Assembly (NCBI GenBank): GCA_964443495.1
Contig: CAYUCS010000002.1
Location: 196,021 to 260,020, forward strand
Source of the DNA: an uncultured Gammaproteobacteria bacterium
Lineage (GTDB): Bacteria; Patescibacteriota; Patescibacteriia; Patescibacteriales; GWE2-39-37
DNA length: 64,000 nucleotides
Direction of reading: 5' to 3'
Part shown: in pieces, positions 55,128 through 64,000 of the stretch
How positions within the stretch are numbered: the first letter of the stretch is position 1
Layout: each line of letters starts with the position of its first letter
The notes under the pieces: model-generated
What the model was told of the DNA's origin: nothing
What the model saw: only the letters and a program-made list of their open reading frames with translations
The model's database searches: none
Made by a program: the position numbers and the translations under genes

Positions 55128-56687
55128 TTACATGTCCGTGCCGGAGTAGCTCAGGTTGAGCGACTTGTTGCACAACGGAAAGTCAGGCACGATGTTGCCC
55201 GGGCCAATAATGGCGAAGAGCGCCCAGTTGCAGAACGAAGGATCGCGCGGGAAACAGCGCTCGATGCGTCCATCCTTCAAGTGGACAGCGCAAAGAACCT
55301 CCCCGCGCCAGGATTCGACCGCGCCGATGGCCATGCCTTCGGTAACCTGGACATCGGCCTTGATCGGGCCGCTCGGCAGGTTGTGGCAGATCTTGTTGAG
55401 CAAAGAAAGGATGGCGTCGCATTCGCGGATACGCGCAGTGTAACGACCGTAAACATCACCGGTCGGCTTAGTGACCACGGTTACCGGATATTGGGCATAA
55501 GTAGCGTACGGGTGGTCGCGGCGGACGTCGCGGTCCAGGCCGGAAGCCCGGGCCGGCAAGCCGACCGCGCCAAAAGCCTTGGCCGCTTCGAGCGGCAAGC
55601 GGCCAGTCGTCTGCAGACGATCGAGGAAACCGTCCGAGCCGAAAGCGGTCACGACGATGCTACGCATCTCGACCCAGGCCTCTTCCGCCACCTTAAGCAG
55701 CTTCAGTATCTCAGCATCTTCAAGATCCTTGGATACGCCGCCGGGGACAACAAAGCCGCGCCAGAAGCGATTGCCGAAAACCTCCTCGGAAGAGAGCATC
55801 AGGCGTTCCTTGATGCGGAAGCCGTTGGCTGCGATAAAGCTGTAGCCGGTACCCATGCCGCCGATGTTAGCTAGGTCGTGGATGTGCATGGTCAAACGCT
55901 CCATCTCGGTCACCAAAGTGCGCAAGAACTGCGCCCGTTGCGGCACCTCGCACTTGGCAATGGTCTCGACCGCCTGGACGAAGGCCAAAGCATTGGCGGC
56001 GGCCATATCGCCAGACAGGCGCTCGATGAATGGCAGCGCCTCAGCAGGCGTCTTGCCTTCCAGCAGCTTCTCGACGCCCTTGTGGGTGAAGAACAGTTTG
56101 CCTTCGAGCGTCAGGATGCGTTCGCCCGCTACATTGAAGCGGAAGTGTCCGGGCTCGATGATGCCGGCATGGATCGGACCGACCGGTATTTCGTAGATGC
56201 CCTCGCCTTCGACGTGGCCCATCGGGTACGGCTCGTTGGCATGATCCAATTTCTTATTCCAGGCAAAATCCTTGCGCAAAGGATAGGTGCCGTTGGGGAT
56301 GTTTTCGTGGTTGACGAGGCGGCGCAGATCGGGGTGCCCTTCCGGCACGATGCCGAACATATCATGGAGGTAGCGCTCATACCAATGAGCCGCCATCACG
56401 GTCGCGGTCAGCGACGGATAGCGCGGATCATCGGCCGGCACAGCGGTCGAAAGCAGCAGCCACTCGTGCTCTGCGTCCAGCGACAGCAAGGCGTGGACCT
56501 TGAAAGTGCCGTCGGCCGCTCGCTCATCGGTAGCATAGACCAAGGACAGTGGCAGGTCATGCTCATTGGCCAAGGCAGTCACGGCCTCGGCGAAAAACTC
56601 GCGTTTTACCGCCGCCTTCTGGACGCCCTGCTCCTTGCCTTCCATCGTTACCCCTTGCAGCTCTTTGAGTATATCTAGTGCTTTCAT
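55128..56687 (-). CDS. Group-4 [NiFe]-hydrogenase large-subunit-like protein (HycE/HyfG-type NuoC+NuoD fusion) lacking all four NiFe cysteine ligands
   Basis: N-terminal NuoC-like WYERYLHDMFGIVPEGHPDLRRL, then GPIHAGIIEPGHFRF and FTHKGVEKL. The RxCGxCxxxH position reads ERLSGDMAAAN (56004..56024). The C-terminal DPCxxCxx[HR] position reads NLSYSGTDM-stop (55131..55163 covers SLNLSYSGTDM). Start placed at ATG 56687 (MKALDILKEL), 4 nt after the upstream stop; the track start at 56855 overlaps the preceding gene by 164 nt. Confidence 0.85.
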   Translation of the reverse strand: MKALDILKELQGVTMEGKEQGVQKAAVKREFFAEAVTALANEHDLPLSLVYATDERAADGTFKVHALLSLDAEHEWLLLSTAVPADDPRYPSLTATVMAAHWYERYLHDMFGIVPEGHPDLRRLVNHENIPNGTYPLRKDFAWNKKLDHANEPYPMGHVEGEGIYEIPVGPIHAGIIEPGHFRFNVAGERILTLEGKLFFTHKGVEKLLEGKTPAEALPFIERLSGDMAAANALAFVQAVETIAKCEVPQRAQFLRTLVTEMERLTMHIHDLANIGGMGTGYSFIAANGFRIKERLMLSSEEVFGNRFWRGFVVPGGVSKDLEDAEILKLLKVAEEAWVEMRSIVVTAFGSDGFLDRLQTTGRLPLEAAKAFGAVGLPARASGLDRDVRRDHPYATYAQYPVTVVTKPTGDVYGRYTARIRECDAILSLLNKICHNLPSGPIKADVQVTEGMAIGAVESWRGEVLCAVHLKDGRIERCFPRDPSFCNWALFAIIGPGNIVPDFPLCNKSLNLSYSGTDM

Positions 56688-56691
56688 ATGT

Positions 56692-58164
56692 TTATTTGGT
56701 TGAAATATAAACGGCATCATTGACAACGCCTTGGACGAAATCAAGTCCCGGCACCGAGGTGACCCAAGCCGCGAAAACGAAAAGCGCGACGAGCTGGACC
56801 AGCATGACGGAATGGGTGATGTTCCAGCGTTCGGTCTTGGCCGGAGCGGAGTCATCGTGTCCGAAAAGCATCGGCAGCACCAAACGCAGCATCGAATAGG
56901 CGATGACGCTCAACGAGATGAAGAGCAGCAGGGCCAAGAGCGGATACTGCGCCAAAGCGCTGGCGAACATGGCGTATTCACTGACGAACAAGGCGGACGG
57001 CGGCATGGCCACGATGGCCAGCATGCCGAAGAGGAACAGGATGGCGGTATAGCGGTCGTGGGCGAAGACGCTCTTGACCTTATCGACCGTAGTGGTCTTC
57101 CAGCGCAAGAGGATCTCTCCGGCTCCGAAGAACAAAAGCGACTTGGTCAGGGTGTGCCCAACCATATGGATGACAGCGGCGATAGCGCCCAGCGGCGAAA
57201 GGCCGAGGGCGAAGCTGATCAAGCCCATATGTTCGATGCTAGAATAGGCCAACATGCGCTTGTAATTGTTCTGGACGATCATCATCAAGGCCGAGAGGAC
57301 GATCGAGGCGGTGCCGAAAATCAGGAAAAAATTGCTGGTCCAGCCGGAATGGAGCGAACTGTTAGCCACATAAGCGAAACGCATGATGGCGTACAGGGCG
57401 ACGTTCAGGAGGATGCCGGAAAACAGACCGGAAATCGGTGACGGCGCCTTGCTGTGCGCGTCAGGCAGCCAGGTGTGCATCGGGGCTAAGCCGACCTTAG
57501 CACCGAAGCCGACAAACAGGAAGACGAAGGCCAGTTTGACCGTGCCGGCTGAGAGCAGCGGCGCGTTGTGCTGGAGCGAGGTCAGGAGGAACATATCGAT
57601 GCCGGTCGCTCCAGCCAGGCGTGAACCATAACCCAGAAGCAGGATGCCGATCAGGCCCAAGCTGATGCCGGTCGAGCAGATGATGATATATTTCCAGGCG
57701 GCCTCGACTGAGGTCTTCTTGCGGTACAGCCCGACCAGGAAAGTCGAGGATAAAGTCGTGCCTTCAAGCGCGATCCATAAAAGCAAAGTGTTATTGGTCA
57801 GGACCGTCACGATCATGGTCAGCGCGAAAAGATGCAGGAGTGAGAAGTACAAGCGGACGTCGTTGGCGGTGATTATGCCCTCATGATGCTCGTGGCCGAT
57901 ATAGCGGACACTGACAAGCGTGGCGGCCATATAGACGACAGCGACCAAGGCGGCGATCAGTGCGGAAAAGCGATCGACCAAAAGCAGCTGGCTCGACCAG
58001 GAAACGGAGGCGCCGGACAGCACTGGCAGGACCAGGGCCAAGACCGCTCCGCCGCCGACCAGGGCGGCGATGCCGGAAATTGTCCGGACCGCCTTTTCTT
58101 TGGAGATGATGGCAGCGGCCAATGAAGCGGAAACGAATACTGCTAGAACGATGATGAAGTTCAT
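56692..58164 (-). CDS. Antiporter-like membrane subunit (HyfF/HyfD, NuoM/N family)
   Basis: 490 aa, polytopic. Contains WKYIIICSTGISLGLIGILLLGY and PMHTWLPDAHSKAPSPISGLFSGILLNVALYAI, typical of the proton-conducting membrane transporter family. Confidence 0.85.
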   Translation of the reverse strand: MNFIIVLAVFVSASLAAAIISKEKAVRTISGIAALVGGGAVLALVLPVLSGASVSWSSQLLLVDRFSALIAALVAVVYMAATLVSVRYIGHEHHEGIITANDVRLYFSLLHLFALTMIVTVLTNNTLLLWIALEGTTLSSTFLVGLYRKKTSVEAAWKYIIICSTGISLGLIGILLLGYGSRLAGATGIDMFLLTSLQHNAPLLSAGTVKLAFVFLFVGFGAKVGLAPMHTWLPDAHSKAPSPISGLFSGILLNVALYAIMRFAYVANSSLHSGWTSNFFLIFGTASIVLSALMMIVQNNYKRMLAYSSIEHMGLISFALGLSPLGAIAAVIHMVGHTLTKSLLFFGAGEILLRWKTTTVDKVKSVFAHDRYTAILFLFGMLAIVAMPPSALFVSEYAMFASALAQYPLLALLLFISLSVIAYSMLRLVLPMLFGHDDSAPAKTERWNITHSVMLVQLVALFVFAAWVTSVPGLDFVQGVVNDAVYISTK

Positions 58165-58167
58165 ATA

Positions 58168-59766
58168 TTACTCGGTTAAATTGCGTAATTTTTCCGTATC
58201 AGTCGAGTCGTAGAACTGCCTGATGCGCGCGCTCAAAATCGACAGGATGAACGCGCTGGCGATGGTGACTGAGAATACCCCCATCTCGACGAGCAAAGGC
58301 AAAGATTCGACCGTCACCAGGACGAAAATCGCGATGCCGTTCTCGATTATCAGCAAGCCGACGATCTGGGAAAAGACGTTGCGATGGACGATCATCATAG
58401 CCAGTCCCAAGGCGATCATAGCCACGGAAATGAACAGCATGTTGCTGTAGCCGATAACGCCGGAAAGGGTGATCTGCCTGACCGCGAAAAAGGCGACGGC
58501 CAGGATGGCGATGGCCAAGAGATAGCTCGAGGCCGGCCGCAGGAACGAGGCCAAGCTGACGATCTTCCTCTGGCGCCGCTGGATATAGCTGACCAAATAA
58601 GGGACGGCGATCGATTTGACGAGGATGGTGACCGCGGCAAAGATCCACAAGTGCCCCTTCTCTTCCGGCCGCAGGAACGAGAGCCCCACGGCGATACCAG
58701 CGATAGACAGTGAAGAGAGAGCGTAGTAGCGCAGAATAGCCTTCAGCCTGACGCGGCCGAAAAGCAGCACCACGAAGATCAGGGCCAATGCGGCAAAGAA
58801 GGCGTGATACTGGACGGCGACGTTGCCGTAACGGGCATACATCGTAATGATCATGCCGGCCAGGGCGGCCATAAAGGCCAAGGACAGGTACTCCTGCATG
58901 CGGTAGAAGCGCATCTTGACGATGGTCGATTCAAGCAAAGCCAGAAGCACCATCGCGATGATGACTTTAGCCGCAGCTGCCAGCAAGCCGACCACAACGG
59001 CTGCGAACGATAACCCTGCACCGGCAAAAATCAGCGTGCCAGGGAAAACAAGGTTCGCGATCAAAAGCGAGAAGACGGTCAATTTGATAGCGGAAGCGTA
59101 TTCGAGCATGGCCAGATAAGGGCCGGAATATTCCAAGATCATGGCCTCATGGACCATGGTCAGTTCGAGGTGGGTGGCCGGATTGTCAACCGGATAGCGC
59201 GCATTCTCAGCCAGCGCCACCAAGACCAAAGCGATTATCGAGAAGATCAGATAGGGGTGGGACAAGAGCAGGCCACGGCCTACCATGCCATCGATCATGA
59301 ACGAACCGGTAACGACGCTCAATGTGGCGAAGACCATGATGATGATCGGCTCGACCAAGGAAGCGAGCGTCATCTCGCGGCTGGAGCCCATGCCGCCGAA
59401 GGCGCTGCCCGGGTCGATGCCGCCCAGGACCAAAAAGATCGAGCCGACAACCAGAACGCCGCTGATTACCAAGAAGTCAGACAGCGAAGCCAGGCTGCCG
59501 CCCTGGAAGATGAGGGGCAAAACGAGCATCAAGATAGCGCTCGATGACAATACCACGAACGGAACCGCGCGGAAAATCCAAGAAGTTGCGCTCGAGATGA
59601 CCATCTCTTTGCGGAAAAGCGTAGCGAAAGTAGCGTACGGCAAGAACGGCGAAGCGCCGCGTCGGCCCTGCAAGCGCGCCTTGCAGAACCGCACCAAACC
59701 GGCCGCGAACGGGGCGATCGAAAGGATGAAAAGCCCCTGCAATATTGTTGCTAATATCAGGTTCAT
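58168..59766 (-). CDS. Fusion of a HyfC/HycD (NuoH-like) subunit and a HyfE (NuoK-like) membrane subunit
   Basis: 532 aa. The N-terminal ~310 aa (..RLQGRRGASPFLPYATFATLFRKEMVISSATSWIF..) match the HycD/HyfC pattern. The C-terminal ~220 aa (..HRNVFSQIVGLLIIENGIAIFVLV..) match the HyfE pattern with a membrane-embedded Glu. From memory, E. coli HyfC is ~315 aa and HyfE ~216 aa, which sums to this length. Confidence 0.7.
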   Translation of the reverse strand: MNLILATILQGLFILSIAPFAAGLVRFCKARLQGRRGASPFLPYATFATLFRKEMVISSATSWIFRAVPFVVLSSSAILMLVLPLIFQGGSLASLSDFLVISGVLVVGSIFLVLGGIDPGSAFGGMGSSREMTLASLVEPIIIMVFATLSVVTGSFMIDGMVGRGLLLSHPYLIFSIIALVLVALAENARYPVDNPATHLELTMVHEAMILEYSGPYLAMLEYASAIKLTVFSLLIANLVFPGTLIFAGAGLSFAAVVVGLLAAAAKVIIAMVLLALLESTIVKMRFYRMQEYLSLAFMAALAGMIITMYARYGNVAVQYHAFFAALALIFVVLLFGRVRLKAILRYYALSSLSIAGIAVGLSFLRPEEKGHLWIFAAVTILVKSIAVPYLVSYIQRRQRKIVSLASFLRPASSYLLAIAILAVAFFAVRQITLSGVIGYSNMLFISVAMIALGLAMMIVHRNVFSQIVGLLIIENGIAIFVLVTVESLPLLVEMGVFSVTIASAFILSILSARIRQFYDSTDTEKLRNLTE

Positions 59767-61760
59767 AGGGCGATGATTAATGTGACGATTAAGGTAAGCA
59801 GCAGGAACGCCAGATAATACTGCACGCGGCCGCTCTGGATAGCTTTGACCCGGTCAGCAGCGAAGACGAAAGACCGGGCAATCGGCTGATACAGCTTCTC
59901 TTTCCAACCGGAAGTTATGACCAAGGAAAAGCTGTATTTCCTGATCCAAGGATTGGTTTCGATAACCGGCACCGACTTGATCATCTTGATGCTTGAAAGA
60001 AAGCGGAGGAAGAAGAAGCGGACGGGCGCCGAAAAAGCAGTGGCAGTATATTCCATGGTCGAATTGATCGGCTGGCCGCAATCCCAAGTATGATATTCCC
60101 TCTCGATATTCTTGGACATTATAATTTTCTTGATCAGCCACACTAGCGCGAGAACTCCGAAGGATGCCACGAACAGCACCGAAGAAGAGAGCGCGCTATT
60201 GAGCTCGACCGTACCGACGGAGGCACCGCCCAAGCCCAGATTCGCCAGGAGCCAATCAAGAGCCGGGCGAGCGAAAGCGCCAAGTACCAGCAAAGACGCG
60301 GACAGGGCGAAAATCGGCCAAGTCAGAAGGCGATCATGGCTTTCCGGCTCGTCATCCAGGTGCTTGGCGCGAGACAAGCCGAGCATCGAGATGCCAAACA
60401 CCCTGACCATGGCGAATATCGCCAAGCCGCCGATCAGGCCGATCGAACCGAGGACGGTCAGAAGAACGGTAATGCCGTTGACGCCTAGATATGCTCCGCT
60501 GAGCAGACTGACGATGGTCTGGATAAGGCCCCACTCTCCGTAGAAAGTGGCGAACGGCGCCAAAGGCAGCGATCCGAGGATGGCCAAAAGGAAAGCTAGC
60601 GTAAAGAAAGGCAAAAGCTTTGCCAAGCCGCCCATGACTTCCAAGCTTTTGGAATGGACGCGGCTGATGATGACGCCGCTCGACAAGAAGAGGGCCGTCT
60701 TGAAGAACATATGGCTCAAGGCATGGAACAAAGCGAAAGTCACGATAGTCAGGGCAAGCAGCCGTCCAGCTCCTTGGCCTGCTTGCGACATCAGGTACAG
60801 GCCGAGTCCGAGCATCGTGAAGATGATACCCATGTTCTCGATACTGCTGTAGGCAAAGACCCGTTTAAGATCCTTTTCGATCAGGGCATAAAGTACGCCG
60901 ACCGCGCCAGAGAACAGCCCCAAGCCAATAACCAGAAGTCCCGCCCAAGAAGGCAGCTGAGCAAAATTGAAAACAACGGCAATGAAGCCGTAAACAGCGA
61001 CTTTAAGCATCAAGCCAGACATCATGGCCGAAATGTTGCTCGGAGCCTGAGGATGAGCCTCTGGCAGCCAGACGTGGAATGGCACCAAACCAGCCTTCGA
61101 ACCGAAACCGAACAGGAAGAGCACGAAAGCTGAAGCCAGAAGTGCCGGTGAAAGACCGGCAGTAGCAGCGCTGATGTCGCGCAGATCAAGGAGCAACGAA
61201 CCATGGCTCAACAGCAGGAACCCGCCCATGATGGCCGAAGCTCCGAGATGAGTCATTATGAAATATAGGAATGCCGCACGCAGCGATTCCTGGGTCTTGT
61301 CCGCCATGACCAGGAAAAACGAGCTGATCGACATCACCTCCCAGAAAAACAGGAAGCCGAAAGCGTTGTTGGCAAGCAGCACGCCCTGCATCCCAAGTAC
61401 GAAGATAGCGGTCAGCGACTGCACCATTCCAGGATTATAGGTCTTGGCGTAAAGAGTGAGGTAGCGCAAGCTATAAACGCCAACCAGCGCGGAAACCAAG
61501 CTGATGGCGGCAAAGAAGATGCTTGAAAGCACGGTCAGCCTCGGAGCGAACTGGAAAAACCAGCCGTAGCTGCCCAGAACCAGTTCAGTGCCGGGGAAAT
61601 ACAAAAGGTAAGCCGCGCCTGCGACAAAACCGACAAGGTTGGCGAACGAAAAGATGACGGCGGCAGGCTTAAAGAAGCCTTTCACCAGGGCCAGCAAAGC
61701 CGCGACGGCCAAACCGCCGAAATAGATCGCAATGCAGTTAATTATAAGATTCTCGGTCAT
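59763..61760 (-). CDS. Antiporter-like membrane subunit (HyfB/HycC, NuoL family)
   Basis: 665 aa, polytopic. Contains FHVWLPEAHPQAPSNISAMMSGLMLKVAVYG and a C-terminal extension with HTWDCGQP...YTATAFSAPVRFFF typical of HycC/HyfB. Its stop overlaps the downstream start by 4 nt. Confidence 0.85.
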   Translation of the reverse strand: MTENLIINCIAIYFGGLAVAALLALVKGFFKPAAVIFSFANLVGFVAGAAYLLYFPGTELVLGSYGWFFQFAPRLTVLSSIFFAAISLVSALVGVYSLRYLTLYAKTYNPGMVQSLTAIFVLGMQGVLLANNAFGFLFFWEVMSISSFFLVMADKTQESLRAAFLYFIMTHLGASAIMGGFLLLSHGSLLLDLRDISAATAGLSPALLASAFVLFLFGFGSKAGLVPFHVWLPEAHPQAPSNISAMMSGLMLKVAVYGFIAVVFNFAQLPSWAGLLVIGLGLFSGAVGVLYALIEKDLKRVFAYSSIENMGIIFTMLGLGLYLMSQAGQGAGRLLALTIVTFALFHALSHMFFKTALFLSSGVIISRVHSKSLEVMGGLAKLLPFFTLAFLLAILGSLPLAPFATFYGEWGLIQTIVSLLSGAYLGVNGITVLLTVLGSIGLIGGLAIFAMVRVFGISMLGLSRAKHLDDEPESHDRLLTWPIFALSASLLVLGAFARPALDWLLANLGLGGASVGTVELNSALSSSVLFVASFGVLALVWLIKKIIMSKNIEREYHTWDCGQPINSTMEYTATAFSAPVRFFFLRFLSSIKMIKSVPVIETNPWIRKYSFSLVITSGWKEKLYQPIARSFVFAADRVKAIQSGRVQYYLAFLLLTLIVTLIIAL

Positions 61761-61764
61761 ATGT

Positions 61765-62307
61765 TTATTTCTGTGCTTGATTATGGAGAGCTTCCAGGAT
61801 GCCTTTGAGCATGGCGGTCGGTGTCGGCGGATCGCCAGGAATGCGGACGTGCACCGGGATGACGGCCTCGACCGGACCGACTACCGCATAGGAATCCTTC
61901 CAAATGCCTCCAGTGCAAGCGCCGTCACCGACGGCGACGACGATGCAAGGCTGCGGCGCAGCTTCGTAGGTGGTACGAACCGCAGTTTCCAGATTCCTGG
62001 TTACGGGACCGGTCACGAAAAGCATATCGGCGTGGCGCGGCGAAGCGACAAAACTCAAGCCGAAGCGATCAATGTCATAATAAGCATTGTTCAAAGCAGT
62101 CAGTTCGATCTCTTCGGCATTGGTCGAACCTCCATCGACCGCCCGGATGCGCAACGAGCGCCCTCCATAAAGCCGATCAACGATCTTTTTCACTTCCGCA
62201 CCCGCTTTCTCGAAAGCCTCGTCCCCGGTTTTTTCGAGGATCTTTTCCTTTTTTTCGGTCACTTTCGGCGGGAACAGCAAAAACCCTAGCAATTTTAACA
62301 GTCTCAT
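61765..62307 (-). CDS. NuoB/HycG-like small subunit lacking 3 of 4 [4Fe-4S] cysteine ligands
   Basis: 180 aa with conserved ASPRHADMLFVTGPVT. The GSCNGCE position reads GSTNAEE (62110..62130). GACTGG retains one Cys. The PGCPP position reads PGDPP (61825..61839). Confidence 0.8.
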   Translation of the reverse strand: MRLLKLLGFLLFPPKVTEKKEKILEKTGDEAFEKAGAEVKKIVDRLYGGRSLRIRAVDGGSTNAEEIELTALNNAYYDIDRFGLSFVASPRHADMLFVTGPVTRNLETAVRTTYEAAPQPCIVVAVGDGACTGGIWKDSYAVVGPVEAVIPVHVRIPGDPPTPTAMLKGILEALHNQAQK

Positions 62308-62375
62308 ACTGTGCGAGCTTTAAATATAATAAATTTTCTTAATAACCATTCGTGGCAATAGATAAGGTAACTGAT

Positions 62376-62403
62376 ATTGTAATACTCCTATCGAAAAAAT
62401 CAA
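62376..62403 (-). promoter_or_regulatory. Candidate promoter of the Ehr-like operon (TTGATT-16-TACAAT)
   Basis: The minus strand reads TTGATT (62403..62398), 16 nt, TACAAT (62381..62376). It lies between the atpC terminator and the ATG at 62307. Confidence 0.45.
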
Positions 62404-62419
62404 GGCTAATAATAAACAA

Positions 62420-62453
62420 TAAAAATACCACCTTACGAAAAATAAGGTGGTAT
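62420..62453 (-). terminator. Rho-independent terminator downstream of atpC
   Basis: 11-bp stem ataccacctta / taaggtggtat with a 7-nt loop, followed on the minus strand by TTTTTATTG. Confidence 0.85.
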
Positions 62454-62461
62454 CTTGATAC

Positions 62462-62902
62462 CTAATCGATCTTGACGTTGTGACGTGTATGATGTTTTTT
62501 GGCAACCTTGATGCGGGCCAATTCCTTTTCGATAGCTGCTGCGACGCGAGCATATTCCATTTCGCCCATAGTAACCTTCTCTTTCTTAAGCTCTTCGGCG
62601 CGCTGGCGAGCAGCCTCGGCGCGCTGCAAATCGATTTCCGCTGCGGCTTCGGCCGTGTCAGCCAGAACTATCAGTTCGTTATTATTGAATTCGATAAAAC
62701 CCCCGGAAACCGCCATGCTGACCTCATCTTCGCCGTCCTTGAGCATGATCTCGCCCGGCTTCAGCGCGGCGATGTAGGAACGATGGTTAGGCAGGATCGT
62801 CACCTGGCCATCAACCACCGGCAAGGTGGCTTGGCCGACCTGGCTTTCATAAACCGTACGTTCCGGAGTGACTATCTTGAATTTTATAGTTTGGTCGGAC
62901 AT
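62462..62902 (-). CDS. atpC: F-type ATP synthase subunit epsilon
   Basis: 146 aa. KFKIVTPERTVYESQVGQATLPVVDGQVTILPNHRSYIAALKPGEI... plus a helical C-terminal domain. It lies immediately downstream of atpD. Confidence 0.9.
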   Translation of the reverse strand: MSDQTIKFKIVTPERTVYESQVGQATLPVVDGQVTILPNHRSYIAALKPGEIMLKDGEDEVSMAVSGGFIEFNNNELIVLADTAEAAAEIDLQRAEAARQRAEELKKEKVTMGEMEYARVAAAIEKELARIKVAKKHHTRHNVKID

Positions 62903-62910
62903 AAATTATT

Positions 62911-64000
<1,090 letters not shown>

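Noticed and set aside
55878-57441. Plus-strand ORFs 55878..56678, 56731..57441, 55281..55874 and 59285..59776 antisense to the Ehr-like operon
   Set aside because: They are antisense shadows of clearly homologous membrane and hydrogenase-like genes in GC-rich coding sequence.
62320-62553. 77-aa minus-strand ORF overlapping the atpC 3' end and the atpC-Ehr intergenic region
   Set aside because: It overlaps atpC out of frame and runs through the atpC terminator and the candidate Ehr promoter. The translation is AT-rich and low-complexity.

Overview
Bacterial chromosomal window in which 26 of the 28 genes I call lie on the minus strand. Left half: a 3'-truncated secreted Fn3-repeat protein (1..1722), then two tandem paralogous giant genes (2088..19331, 5747 aa; 19526..33025, 4499 aa). 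Together these two fill 48% of the window. They are built from 14 and 11 copies of a ~1.2-kb module: a conserved YYSVGQ head, a variable right-handed beta-helix, and a conserved DFHL...WDIGADE cap. The modules are organised in a three-module (~3.6 kb) super-repeat. Middle: two bitopic membrane proteins, a polytopic O-antigen-ligase-like/TPR protein, a yqeY-type protein, rpsU, hisS, lepB, a 2367-aa double Kelch-propeller/Fn3 surface protein, parB, parA, and tRNA-Leu(CAA). The tRNA is followed by a duplicated tRNA 3' half and a densely structured non-coding stretch. Next come an AI-2E family transporter, a small membrane protein, and groES-groEL under a CIRCE operator. Right end: a two-gene operon (a CxDxR carbonic-anhydrase-like protein plus a 45-aa membrane peptide), a strongly signalled 36-aa ORF, a five-gene group-4 [NiFe]-hydrogenase-like (Ehr/Hyf-type) membrane complex, then atpC and partial atpD. 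In that complex all four NiFe ligands and 3 of 4 proximal Fe-S ligands are substituted, and no ferredoxin-like subunit is encoded. Giant surface proteins, sparse Shine-Dalgarno use and the absence of respiratory genes fit a CPR/Patescibacteria-like organism, but that is inference only. The most interesting items are (i) the cofactor-less Ehr-like complex sitting between the ATP synthase operon and the carbonic-anhydrase-like operon, and (ii) the modular giant beta-helix gene pair. All homology statements rest on motif recognition by eye; no database search was possible.
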